Below, piece after piece: positions 38,781 through 51,980 of a DNA stretch of 64,000 bases (its first letter is position 1; every line of letters begins with the position of its first letter). Source of the stretch: Octopus sinensis (Eukaryota). The notes beneath the pieces were generated by a model. The model was not told the DNA's origin. It saw only the letters and a list, made by a program, of their open reading frames with translations, and searched no databases. The DNA is taken from the NCBI RefSeq assembly GCF_006345805.1, contig NC_043003.1:86676001-86740000 (forward strand). Reading direction: 5' to 3'. The position numbers were made by a program, and so were the translations under genes.

Positions 38781-39310
38781 TGGGTCTTTTTTCAAGTATT
38801 AAGATGGCTTTCAGTTCTCATGTCAGCTAACCCTTTCATATCTACAGCTTAATCATCTTCTTGCTCTCCAGTGCAGTTGACTGTTCCCCAATATATGAAG
38901 TTGATCCTGAAAAAAGGGAGACATAAAAAAGCATCAATTTTCGTGTGAACACGAATGTATATGCTAGAGGATGCTGAAAGGTTTCTAACTTTAAAGGTGT
39001 CGTGAAAGGTTTGGCTGGAGGCCCAATCTTCCAAGTTCTTTTATAATGATTAGAAAAACTAGAGGACTTTTGCAGTAATTGCATGAATTTGAGAGGGGGA
39101 TATGGTGAGTACGAATATAGTTAACTGATCCTCTTGTATTCTCTTTTATTCAAAACCAGGAACATTTCATCAGATCTTCGTATGTATATATATATATGTG
39201 TGTTATATAATATATATATTATATATATGTATATGTATATATATACATATATACACATATATATATATATATATACACATACTATACACACACACACACA
39301 TATATATTAA

Positions 39311-39391
<81 letters not shown>

Positions 39392-39504
39392 AGAAAATGG
39401 AGATAAAATTGATAATTCATAAACATCAATTCATTAGATACAAATATCCCTTAGACGGTTTTATAACCTCTAACTGAACTCACCTTTTACGTGTGTGCGA
39501 GTGC

Positions 39505-39584
<80 letters not shown>

Positions 39585-39626
39585 TTTATATATAATCTAT
39601 ATATTATATGTATATATATATATATT

Positions 39627-39659
<33 letters not shown>

Positions 39660-39661
39660 AA

Positions 39662-39712
<51 letters not shown>

Positions 39713-39824
39713 ATATATATATATACAAACACACCCATACAAAACATACATACATATTTAAAGGAAGGAAATATAAATATATACCATATATATAATAATA
39801 TATACTGATAGATAGATAGAACAG

Positions 39825-39857
<33 letters not shown>

Positions 39858-39963
39858 TTGTATGTATGCATGTACGTATGCATATACTTGTGTACGTGAG
39901 TGTGTTTATGCATGCATGTTGTGTGTGACTAAATTACAGCAGGTATATAGCCCATTGTTTGTT

Positions 39964-41247
39964 TTGGGTTGGCAACTAAGTTCCCACCGTATTTTGAAAT
40001 TTTGGAATTTATTGCGTTTTTAAATTTTGGAATTTATTTTTTCGAGAATTACATTTTTGAATCATTTCTGAATCTATTTTGTTTGTTTTTTGTTTTGTTT
40101 TTTCTAGTTAATTTTAGTTAACTTTTGTTCATATTCAGACCATTAAAATGGAATGTCAAGTTATGACAAACAAGCCTTTTCGATACCTCCTTCTGTTTGC
40201 TTTTAATCAAGGCCTGAAAAGCTGCTCGCGACATTTGTGCTGTGTATGGAGAGGGTGTCATAGCTGAAAGAACTACTCGTGATTGGTATGCCAAGTTCAA
40301 AAGTGGAAATTTTGACCTCAAAGACGCACCTCATTTTGGCCGTCCAGTTGAGTTCGATGAAGAGCGATTTAACCAACTTTTGCACAAAAATTCTCATCAA
40401 ACGACAAGCGAACTGGCTGAGAAAATGGAATGCTCCCACACTACTATAGAGAAGCATCTTCACTCGAAGGGAAAGGTTCAGAAGTATGGAGCATGGGTTC
40501 AGCATGCTTTAAGTGACAACAAATTTCAATGAGCCACAATCTCCGCTGGTTTGCTTGCTCGTCACCGCTCAATTCATGGACACAAGCAACGATTTCTTTA
40601 CCTAATCGTTACTGGTGACAAAAAATTGTGCCTGTAAATCAATATGAAGAAGCGTAAGGAATGGCTTAGCCCCAGTAAACAAGTGACATCGCACGCGAAA
40701 TAAGATCTTCATCCGTGTAAAACGATGTTGTACCAATGGTGGGACTGAGAAGGGATTATCCATTACGTATTGCTCGAACGGAACCAAACGGTCAACACGG
40801 AACTCTATGTTCAACAGATGGAAAGACTCAACACAGCTATTCAAGAAAAAAGAATTGTCAGCATGGAGTTCTTCTGCTGCACGACAACGCACATATATCG
40901 CCAATATGACCAAGGAAGCCATTCAAACGCATGGCTGCAAAGTCCTACCACACCCACCATACTCTCCTGATTTGGCACCAAGGGATTTCCATCGTTTCAA
41001 TCTCTTTCAAATGCTATACGCGGAGTTTCGTTCAATATTGATGCAGAATTGAGAGCGTGGTTGGATCAATTTTTCGAGACGAAATCGGATGATTTCTACC
41101 AATGAGGTATTGAAAATCATGTTGAACTTTGGGAAGTTGTAAACAACAAGAGTGAATACAATATTGATTAATTAGTTGTTATTTTTTGTTAAACCTTTAT
41201 AAAAGGTTAAATTTAAGAAAATGGCGGTAACTTAGTTGCCAACCCAA
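39964..41247 (+). mobile_element. full-length mariner element (1284 bp), transposase pseudogene
   Basis: TIRs ttgggttggcaactaagtt / aacttagttgccaacccaa|TA; WYAKFKSGNFDL, AWVQHAL, IVTGDKK, LLHDNA, HPPYSPDLAPRD; several stops and frameshifts. Confidence 0.93.
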
Positions 41248-41287
41248 TATTATAGTACATTGTTGTACCATTCAAAACATTTTATTC

Positions 41288-41310
<23 letters not shown>

Positions 41311-41318
<8 letters not shown>

Positions 41319-41556
41319 ATAGAGGGCATTATTACACATAAATGCCTCACACTAAGAGGGACAAAGTCATTACTACCAAAATTATACTAATCATACCCAA
41401 ATGCAGTTTTTCAAAGCAAGACATTTAAAAAATTCATTTTTTAAATGTTTGCTTTGAAAAACTGCATTTGGGTATGATGTAATAATTTTGGTAGTAATGA
41501 CTTTGTCCCTCTTAGTGTGAGGCATTTATGTGTAATAATGCCCTCTATACAATATA
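41311..41556. repeat. near-perfect palindrome (~120-bp arms, 2-4 nt loop) starting at (TA)n
   Basis: tattgtatagagggcattattacac...acatttaaaaaa ttca ttttttaaatgt...gccctctatacaata. Confidence 0.93.
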
Positions 41557-41946
41557 GATATAATTAATTTGTTCAAAGAAAAAAATTATTCGAATTCTTT
41601 CCTATGAGGTTTTCACGCTAGCTGCCCGATAATTTCTTGTTAAGATCCCTATTAAGAGATTATCCTAATTGTTAAACTTATATATATATAGATATATATA
41701 TATATATATATATAACTATATACTATATATATATATATTATATATATATATATATTCCTGATTGTATACGTGCGTCTACAAGTATATATAATACAATTGA
41801 CAAATTAATACCTTAAGACATTTGAAAATAACACGTCATACCTTGCTGACGGTAGTAAAAGAAGATCCTAAATGTCATCAATATTTTTAATGCTCAGAAC
41901 ATCATCAACATCCGAGCTACTTTGCTTATAAACATCGAAACACATT

Positions 41947-42046
41947 NNNNNNNNNNNNNNNNNNNNNNNNNNNNNNNNNNNNNNNNNNNNNNNNNNNNNN
42001 NNNNNNNNNNNNNNNNNNNNNNNNNNNNNNNNNNNNNNNNNNNNNN
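41947..42046. other. assembly gap (100 N)
   Basis: Direct reading. Confidence 1.
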
Positions 42047-42282
42047 TTATTCAGGGATCTTTTGAGCGTGATGGGCTACTCGACCTGAAGAAAATTCTAA
42101 CTGGGCCCCACCTACAAGGTCATGCATCGTTTATCTTGATGTGAGATCACCATGTCGCGCACATATGGTTGTGATGCATGTGCTTGGTGTACCTTTATCA
42201 GACGGGTAGTTATGATGGGTATACTGGGCTTCGTATATTTTACCCCAGTGTCACTTTGATGGCATGCACTGCTCTCTCACTC
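42047..42282 (+). mobile_element. family D element 3' part ending in (TAA)n
   Basis: ttattcagggatcttttgagcgtgatgggctactc...ctgctctctcactc(aat)n is homologous to 5737-6290. Confidence 0.75.
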
Positions 42283-42334
<52 letters not shown>

Positions 42335-42350
42335 TAATAATAATAATATA

Positions 42351-43944
42351 ATTGGCCTCGATAAATGTGCAAAAGCTACCTTTATCAAAGGAAAAATGAC
42401 AAATACATCTAACATTTACCTCGACCAGCAGAATGGCATAGGGGTAATTGAAGGGGACATAATAAGGCATTCAGTGATGAAGGAAAGCATCAGGAGAGGA
42501 TGTTATCGCAGAGTAAGAGCAATACTCAAGACAGAACTGAATGCGAGAATCAGGATCGAAGCTATCAATGCTGTAGCCATACTAGTCGTGACTTACAGTT
42601 TCAATATCGTTAACTGGTCAATTACTGAAATATGTAATCTTGACAGAAAAATACGAAAACTGTTGACAATGCATAGAATGCCCCACCTAAGGTAGATATA
42701 GAACGATTTATCTGCCAAGAAAAGAGGGAGGCTGTGGACTTTTACAACTGGCAATAACAATGAAGATTGCTACAATTGGCCTTAACACCTACCTGAAATG
42801 GATGTTAAAACTCGACTCAAAAAAAGAAAACAAGAAAGCATCATACTCAGTAACAAAACAGGCAAAGGAATATCTAAGTGAATTCCGAATACAACAAATT
42901 TTGGAATTAGACATACAAGAAACAAGCACAGAAAAAGCTAAGCGCATGAAAATCCGTGCTAAAACTGCTGCCTTAGATATTCTGAATGATAAATGGCAAG
43001 AAAAAACTCTCAATGGCAAATACCCAAAGAGAGCGAATAATGCAGATGTTGACAAAGCCCTGACCCAACAATGGCTAATGGCCTCAGGCTTAAAATCTGA
43101 AACAGAAGGGTTTATCATAGCAGCTCAAGATCAATGCCTGTCTACAAGGAACTACCAGGCCAACATATTAAAGAACGGTAGTAGCCCAATATGTCGTGTA
43201 TGTCAACAACAAAATGAAACCATTGATCATGTTGTCTCCAAGTGCAGTCTTCTTGCGCCTACAGAGTACCTCAACAGGCATGATAGAACTGCACAATATA
43301 TTCACTGGGTAATTTGCAAAAGCCTAGACTTGCCCCATGATAAAAAGTGATGGGAACACAAACCACCTCCAGTGCTTGAAAATGACCACATCTCACTCCT
43401 CTGGAACTTCACCATTCAAACTGACAGAAAGATAGATGCGAATAGGCCAGACATCATAGTAAAAGACTTCAGACAAAAAACAGGCCTCTTCATTGATATG
43501 ACTGTCCCAATCGATATAAACGTATCTGTCAAGACCTACCAGAAACAGAGCAAATATAAAGATCTGGAAATAGAAATCAGCAAAATGTGGAACCTGAAGA
43601 CTAAAACAATACCTGTTGTCATAGGTGCCCTGGGAATGATAGCAAAATGGGCTGATTGCTACCTAACTCAGATTCCAGGAAACCCCAAAATGGCAGAAAT
43701 TCAAAAGATAGTGCTCATGGGAACTGCTCATATCCTACGCAAAATACTTTCTATGTAATCTCAAGTTTTAAAACAAACAATTTTGTTAAGGTTTTTTAAA
43801 CGTTCACTAGTACAACACTAAGTACAAAACAAAATATATGGCACCCTAGGCATAACATCAGCATGAACTTCCAACTTTTTGTCTCTTGAGGTCTCTTAAT
43901 GAGACTTGGAGGCAACTTGTACAAATGTAAAGCAAAAGTCGAAC

Positions 43945-43946
<2 letters not shown>
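42351..43946 (+). mobile_element. R4/Dong-type non-LTR retrotransposon, 5'-truncated, flanked by (TAA)n on both sides
   Basis: GLDKCAKA, LKSETEGFIIAAQDQ, CRVCQQQNETIDHVVSKC (CCHC), RHD, LLWNFTIQTD..NRPDIIV..IDMTVP..KQSKYKDL (RLE), IPVVIGALG; ORF ends at 43758. Confidence 0.93.
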
Positions 43947-44013
<67 letters not shown>

Positions 44014-44871
44014 GCATGTGTGTGTGTGCGTCTGTGCTTGTATGTATGTGCGACAACGTTTGGTATCACATACACACAGTGATACATCAGTGAGAAAAGC
44101 TCTTAAATTTCAATTTTCTTCTGTTTAGCTATTTTGTAACTTTAACGACGTGATAGGAGGGACATAATGATACGTCATTTCTTGCAGCGCTGAGTATAGC
44201 TTAGGGAAAGAACAGATTCCATTTTCTTCCACCAGTGTGAACACATAAAATTGTGATGAAACTATTATTGGAGAATATAAAGTGTTATAAAATTCGATGA
44301 GAAAATATTGTGCATTTTTTATTCAGTGATCACTTATGGCTGGAAAGTATGATCAACAGAATAAAACAGTTTATGCTCTTTCTGTCTTAAGTGATTCCCC
44401 AACAATTTTACACCTGATTATATCTACTGTAATGGAAGTGTAAAGTAATTTGGATACGTGTTGGTATTTCAAACTAAAATCAAGATTATGTCTTTATGAC
44501 TTATTGACGGTGTGCATAGAAGAGTAACAGGTCTGAACTAGAGGACTTTTGTTAGGGTTTGCAACATATATTTATTATTGACTATTTTCTGTATGAATAT
44601 GTGTGTTAACATAGCAGTGTGTATACAGCTATATATACGTGTATAAAGGTCGGCAACAGAACCTGTTAACAAGCAATTTCGTTTTGAAAAGTTGGTTAGT
44701 TTTCTATTTTCAAAACGAAAACGAATACTAACACGACTCAAGCAGATTTATGCAATTAGGAAAAGGATGAAACTAACAAAAGCAATCTGGTAAATGGTGA
44801 AACTTAGAAAAGCATTCCTAACATTCTGTAATACTATATGAATATACGCTGTGTTGTGCATAAAATATATA

Positions 44872-45742
44872 CGAGGTCTGATCAATAAGTATACGGAATG
44901 TTGCCATAGTAACGAAGCTAAAGCACGTAGAACAGAGTCGCTTACTAAAGATTGGCTTTCAATGCTGCTGTGCATGCGCACGAAGTTTTAACGTTCTAGC
45001 TCACTTCCGTTTTTTACAGCAGTACTTGAAAGAAGATGTGTAGCGTGTGATCGTTGCATTGGCCATGACAAAGAAATTTGTCAGAGACCTACGCAATGTT
45101 GCGGAAAGTATATGGAGAGTAGTTTATGAGCCGCATACAAGTGTACGAGTGGTTCAGATGTTTCCAAGATGTCCGGGAAAATGTCGATATTGACGAACGC
45201 TCTGGGAGACCCGCAATCAGTGGAAGTGAGAAAAACATCGCAGATGTGCGTGCAGCTGTGAGAGAAAATCGTCGATTCACCATCCATAAGTTATCAGAGG
45301 ATGTGCAGATTAGTTACGGTTCAGTTCATTACCACTGCAGATTTGTGTATGAGACGCGTGTCTGCCAAGTTTGCGCCAAAACTGCTTTCAGCGGACCAAG
45401 AAGACACTTGGGTTTTAGTTGCACAAAATCTCCTTGATTGTATCGAGAACGATGAAAGATTTGTGAAAACCTTGCATAGGCCTCTAATCAGGTATCACTA
45501 AGCTTTTGGCAAATTTTGATGCAGATTCTCTGCTCAACTTTCTGTCAAATTCAATGCGACGATCACGCACTACACACCTTTCTTCCAAGCACTGCTGTAA
45601 ACAGCGAAAGTAAGCTAGAACGTTAAAACTTAATGCGTATGCACAGCAGAGTTCAAGGACACTCTGTACCAAGTGGTTTTACCCTACATGTTTTAGCTTC
45701 ATTACTATGGCAACTGTCCGGATATTTATTGATCAGACCACG
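44872..45742 (+). mobile_element. internally deleted mariner with long (~190-bp) TIRs and TA target duplication
   Basis: TA|cgaggtctgatcaataagtat ... atatttattgatcagaccacg|TA; keeps the N-terminal HTH (VYEWFRCFQDVRENVDIDERSGRP) and lacks the catalytic domain. Confidence 0.88.
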
Positions 45743-46702
45743 TATTTACTTGATAACTAGTCGTCTGAAGCACAAAGATAACTTAAGTTATCTTCCGTGT
45801 TAATAACATAAATACCTATTCCTTATATTACAGATAAATAATATTGAATGGGGAAATGATTCGATATTCTGAAGGAAATTCCAGACGTCTTTTTTCCGTA
45901 TTCCCAATGCATAAATGTTTAAAAAGTCGCATATACCAGTATACATATACATGTACACTTTATACTTCCTCATAATAGTATTATCTACGAGTAAATGCCA
46001 AAGCATTTCGTTCTACATCTGCCTCCTGTTTACTGATATCATATTGCTGTATCTTTTGAAAGTCAATTGTTGGTTTGTACTTCAAAGACTTAGAGGAATT
46101 TTTTTCTCTTTTTTTCCTTATCTTTTTTTCCTTATTTTCTTATTCTTTATTTTATTTTACTCTTTACATATCAACGCATTTAGTAACTTTACAAGTTAAT
46201 CATATGCAATCAGTTTAGCACAGGTATGACCTTCTGTTCTCCTGTATAGGAACTTACTGGAATCCTGGTAGGAGAGTATAGTACACCAGTTTGACTTATA
46301 TCTTTGCTTATGTCAATAGATATAAGTGATATGATGATAGATTGATGAATGCAGTCAGATGTACGACCTCAAAACTACTTTACAAGCATTATTTCTATCT
46401 CCCCCTCTCTCTCTCTCTCTCTCACTGTGTTTCTCTCTTTCTATACACATACAAAATCACATATATATACATCCATATATATGTTTGTATATAGATACTG
46501 TGTATATATAAATATATATATATATAGAGAGAGGGGGGTTGATAGATAGAGAAAAGATAGAAGAGAGAGATAAGACACGTCCAGTCCTTACGACAGTCCT
46601 GAAAGAAAAGAAAGATAATCACGTGCTCGTTCTGGTCTAATGACTTCCCCCACCCCATATAAGTTTTCGGTCGGTTTCCTTGTATATATATATATATATA
46701 TA

Positions 46703-46792
46703 TTCGACGAGCTGTTTCCAGTTGCCGCCTATCAAATCCACTCATAAATCTAAGGCTTTGATCGGCCCGTGACTATAGTAAGAGGCACTTGC
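46703..46792 (-). mobile_element. SINE family A internal fragment
   Basis: cgacgagctgtttccagtt...caaatccactcat...aaggctttgatcggcccgtgactatagtaagaggcacttgc. Confidence 0.6.
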
Positions 46793-47486
46793 TTATATAT
46801 ATCTATATATGTGCGTATGAATGCATGTATGTATTTATATATGAGGAGAGTGTTCGCAAATAAATATGGACATGCACATGTTGCGGTTAGTCAAATATAA
46901 TTGTAAGTCAAATAGTTACCAATTTTATCCTGTTAGATCCGAAATCTGAGCAAACCATTGTCGTCTGCGTTGGCAAAAATTGATCCTTTAAAGAGTTTAT
47001 ATGAGAAAGCGTCCATTGAATTCATTTGCCAAGCGAAGTGAAACAACCGGATGTTTCCGACACATTACCTTATTAGGAAAGAAAGAGAAAGCATATAGAA
47101 GAATATAGAGATATACCGCTGAGATCACAAGATTGCAGATGAGAAAATAATAACGTCAAGGAGTGATGTAGAATGGTTGGTGGGGAGAATGAACACGAAA
47201 AATGATTATCCCTGTCATGAAGTTCTTGTCTTCTGGATTCTTATTAATTACGGAGCTTCTAAACTGTTTTGTCAGATTTCCAACCTCTTTGTATTCACTA
47301 CTGAGACGAACTTCAGAATCAGTCAATCAATTAGCAAACTGGCAAATCACCAAAACTCCCATTTCGTGAGTACTTCATTAGTATCTGGGGAAAGTAATCA
47401 ATTTCCACTTATTGTCTAGAAAAGATAAACACCATACATCACGTAGAGTTCACACGCGCGTGCACACACATACACACACACATACA

Positions 47487-47524
<38 letters not shown>

Positions 47525-47967
47525 CACACACACACACAACGCAATGCAACGCACATGAGACACATACACATATCAGATTCACTTGCCCATACACATATCA
47601 GACACACTTCTATACATACACAGATTCGTACATATACAACGCTTCAGAACCTAGACGCACATACAAGTGTTAAAAAAAACATACATTTTCATACACATTT
47701 CTTTCTAAACTTAAGATGTGTGAAGCACCGACTTTTTAGAAGCTTTCTTTCTCATCACAAAACAAACGTTATTTTCTATAGATACATAGATCAATGTTTG
47801 TTGAGGTAATACACAGACGACTGAGTTGATCTTTATTTAAGGATGGTTCTCATTTTATTGACCGCAGGTTAAGTTAACGACAGCTGTACTGTTTCTGTAT
47901 ATTCCCTGCCCTCTTCTTATTGTCTAGAAAAGATAAACACCATACATCATCTTATAACAAATACAAA

Positions 47968-48298
47968 ATTGTATTATTTTACGTAAGTTGGAATGAGAAG
48001 TCGTGTAGTTTCGTAGATTTTTTTCAAAGACAATAGTAGCCTGAGCGAAATAATAAAAAAAATATTAATTTACATCGTGGAATACATTCTTATCACAAAC
48101 TTTACCCTTTCTACATCATATAACAATACCATGTATTTTTAACAACATCAAATGCCTTGAAGGTATATGGAGGTAGTCCACTGTGCTATCTTTGAATATT
48201 ATTTCGCTCAGGCTACTATTGTCTTTGAAAAAAAATATACGAAACCACACAACTTCTCATTCCAACTTAAAATAATTCAACGTAAAATAATACAACCA
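47968..48298. repeat. inverted repeat (~85-bp arms, ~145-bp spacer)
   Basis: aagttggaatgagaag...caaagacaatagtagcctgagcgaaataat versus attatttcgctcaggctactattgtctttg...cttctcattccaactt. Confidence 0.85.
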
Positions 48299-48668
48299 TT
48301 AACGTAAAATATACAACCATTAATTCATTATCCTCAATAGTGAGGTGCTACTGTTTGATATTATTAAGGTACGATGTGTCGGCTTGGTTGTTGCTAGAGT
48401 TGCTTGTTGCCTAAGGCGATCTCTTCGGCTATTTATGGAGTTGTACTATATGATGTTTGGGAAACAAGACTGCTGTTCTTGCTGCATCGGTTCGTCTTCG
48501 TTGCTTTCCTTTCTCCTTTTGTTTCCGACGCCATTCAGTTATTTCTGAGTAAAAGGCCCTGAAGTGGTTTTACTAGAATATGTGCAGAAAGAAGGCCTGT
48601 CCGTGGCATTATTAGTTTCATGTCCTTTGTTTCGCACGTTCAAATTGGACACAGCTCTGGTGTGGCCT

Positions 48669-48923
48669 TACTCTTACTCTCTTTTACTCTTTTACTTGTT
48701 TCAGTCATTTGACTGCGGCCATGCTGGAGCACCGCCTTTAATCGAGCAACTCGACCCGGGATTATTTTTTTGTAAGCCCAGTACTTATTCTATCGGTCTC
48801 TTTTGCCAAACCGCTAAGTAACGGGGACATAAGTAACGGGCCCAAGATGCCACGCAGTGGGACTGAACCCGGAACCATGTGGTTTGTAAACAAGCTACTT
48901 ACCACACAGCCACTCCTGCGCCT
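48669..48923 (-). mobile_element. SINE family A, young copy with internal deletion
   Basis: Head ggcgcaggagtggctgtgtggtaagtagcttg... is joined directly to the 3' domain; tail (ttttactc)n. Confidence 0.85.
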
Positions 48924-48964
48924 TTGGACTTTTGGATCCAAACGGAAAGTGTGCATCAGACTAT

Positions 48965-49062
<98 letters not shown>

Positions 49063-49466
49063 TGTGATGTTGAGGGGACTACTATACCTTGAAATGGTCG
49101 GGATATACAAATCATAAGTATTTATTACACTTAGTAGTAATAAATGCACATTATAGTAGTTTTGATACTTTCTCTCTCCATCAGTCTTGATGTCCTGTCA
49201 TTCAATAACCATTAAACTTCAAACACAATTACTATAAATTATAGTAACTACACACTTTAACTTCAGGCCTTTTTAAACATTTTATTGCTATCAAGATCTA
49301 AATTGAAACGGCAAACAATCTTTTGAACAAGACAATTGCTCTATTTTAGAACTGTTTTATCAAAAGTACAGTTTTATTGACTAGAGATGAATGTTGATGT
49401 ATGGAAGGAATATTAGTTCTTGAAATATCTTTTGTATTCTGACATATTTAATCAATAATTGTTTGT

Positions 49467-49515
49467 TGTTTAACCATTTGTCAACTCTGATTTTGCAGAG
49501 CTATCGTCAGAAACA
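49467..49515 (-). ncRNA. degenerate hammerhead-like motif
   Basis: UGUUU-CUGACGA-U-AGCUCUG caaaau CAGAGUU-GACAAAUGGU-U-AAACA: perfect stems I and II, two A residues missing from GAAAC. Confidence 0.45.
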
Positions 49516-49561
49516 TACTAACAACGGCCTCTCTACTTGTGTGTGTGTGTATGTGTGCGTT

Positions 49562-49594
<33 letters not shown>

Positions 49595-49596
49595 TG

Positions 49597-49627
<31 letters not shown>

Positions 49628-49890
49628 TGTGTGTGTTTAAAGGTAAGATTCCGGGATCAAGGTGTAGGAAGTTAATGAGCTACAAGCAGTCTGTAGAAGA
49701 TATAAAAAAAACAATTTTCAGGAAGAATTATTGGCGCAGAAGATTTTGAATTTTTCCCCTATCGAAATACGATAAGCTGAAAAAAGGTTGTTTTATAGTT
49801 AACGGTTAGCAACTGGGGTTGCTGAATATGCGAATAATTATCCAGTAGCCCGAATTTTATCTACTCCATTTCCTAATTTTTGTGTGCATA

Positions 49891-49921
<31 letters not shown>

Positions 49922-50182
49922 TGTGTGTGTGTGAATATATATATATATATATATATAAAGGAGTAAAACAATTAGTTTTAAATCTCTGAGCGAGAAATAA
50001 GTTGTAATAGTACTACAGAGAAAAGTCTATTTACCAACGTAAAGTGGTAGTCCTGATTAGGACGGGGTTACTACCTTTTTTTAGCACGACTACGCCGATA
50101 TACATGTATGTATATTAATGTGAATATGTGTATACGTGTATGCAGGCGTATGTTTATATGTGTATATGCATACATATACATA

Positions 50183-50228
<46 letters not shown>

Positions 50229-50229
50229 C

Positions 50230-50304
<75 letters not shown>

Positions 50305-50318
50305 GTATATACATTATA

Positions 50319-51375
50319 CGAGCAACACGCCCCCATCCGTTAAACCAAATTTTCTCAAAACAACTTGTCCGACCGTCCCATAGGCCTCTCCTTTGAGAAA
50401 CACTGATTTAAACTAAATTTGAGACACCAGCAAAAGAAGAAATAAAGATAGACTTTTTTTTATTCCAAAGAAAAACGATTTTATTCACACAAGTATGCAA
50501 CGGAAGAGTTTAAAGTAATGATAAGGCTGTTGACTGGGAGAACATAAACATGGTTTAAATAGTAAGCTTGGCAGGAAATAGTAAGCTTGGCAGGAAAGAA
50601 ACGTGCCTTTAAGCAGTACAAAAACAACAAAAAATGGAAGGTGCAGTTATGTACAGGTAGACAGAAGAAAACCAGGACAAAAACGATGCATGCAAATAGG
50701 TTAGCTGGAGGTAAATCTAGATGGAAAAGCATGATGAATTTTTGAGAACGTAGCTGGGACAAAAATAAGTTTATCCCATAAAACATAAAGGAAATCAACT
50801 TGGGCGATTTTTTATGAAAAGCAACAACCTAGGGAACTAAGTAACTAATTTTAAGCATGAAAATAGTATTTTCTTCCTTGAATAAAAAGCAATCAGTGTT
50901 TTTTTTTCATTAAAAAATAATTAAGCACGCCTTTATTTCAATAAAATTTTTGGTTTTGTTAAACGAAGTTAAGGCAAAAAAAACTTCTTGAGAAACCAAA
51001 TAGTCTTTCCTTCCTTCTTGCCAAGTTTGAAGAAAATATCTCTTTTGCATCTTATATTTTTGGTCTCTTAAATATACTGCATTTTGTGGCCTTATTTCAA
51101 GCCAGCCGGCTTTTTTTGCGCAAACTGCACATGCATTTTTCTCGCGTACGCGTAGTATCGATCGCAACAGATGATGTACTTGCGCGTACAAATGCACGTT
51201 TCCACGGCTTTATCGATCGCATTCTCACCTGGAATCGATTTTTGTAATTTTTTCAAGACTTATACACGCCCTGATACTGTCGGTATCTACATATGAAATT
51301 TGAGCGCAATCGGATGGAGGATGCCTGGGATCCTAGAAGACACACACACAGATAGAACGGATTTTATGTAATAGA
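50319..51375 (-). mobile_element. non-autonomous Helitron-type element, long variant
   Basis: Both ends match 16620-17083; extra ~620-bp internal block at 50575-51195. Confidence 0.7.
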
Positions 51376-51433
51376 TATATATGTGTATATGCGAGTGTAT
51401 TAACACGCGCGCATGTGTGTGTATATATATATA

Positions 51434-51469
<36 letters not shown>

Positions 51470-51980
51470 GCTTTGCACAGACGTGTGTATCTTGATTTAC
51501 GTACGAATCTATGCACATATTCATATATGCTATATACGTATATTTATGTATATATACATGTGTGAACCTGTCTATACGGCTTTTTATACATGTATATGTA
51601 TATATTCGTCCATGCGTGTGCGTATGCGCGTGTATCTAGTTGTATGTATATACCCATATACTTGAATGTGCGTGCGTGCGTGAGTGCATATGTATATATG
51701 CGTATATATATTTCTGTGTATGTATATATGCGTCTAAGCACGAACAGAAAAAGAATTTTCGTCTAAGTATTATCTTCCTTTCAACTTCTACTTCCTTTGC
51801 TTTTTCCTTACAGTTACAACAGCGAAAGCTGATGACGTCATTTTCTCTAAACTAGAATTTATACTTTCCACGTTCACATTTGAAATTTTTGCATTTCAGT
51901 AATTTTTCTTTGATTATACTCATCCTCAAATTTGATGGACATATAAGCGGTACGTAAGCCGACTCAAGAAATCTCTAGTG

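Noticed and set aside
40242-41052. SETMAR-like host gene
   Set aside because: No SET domain, multiple stops and frameshifts, and TIRs on both sides: a mariner pseudogene.
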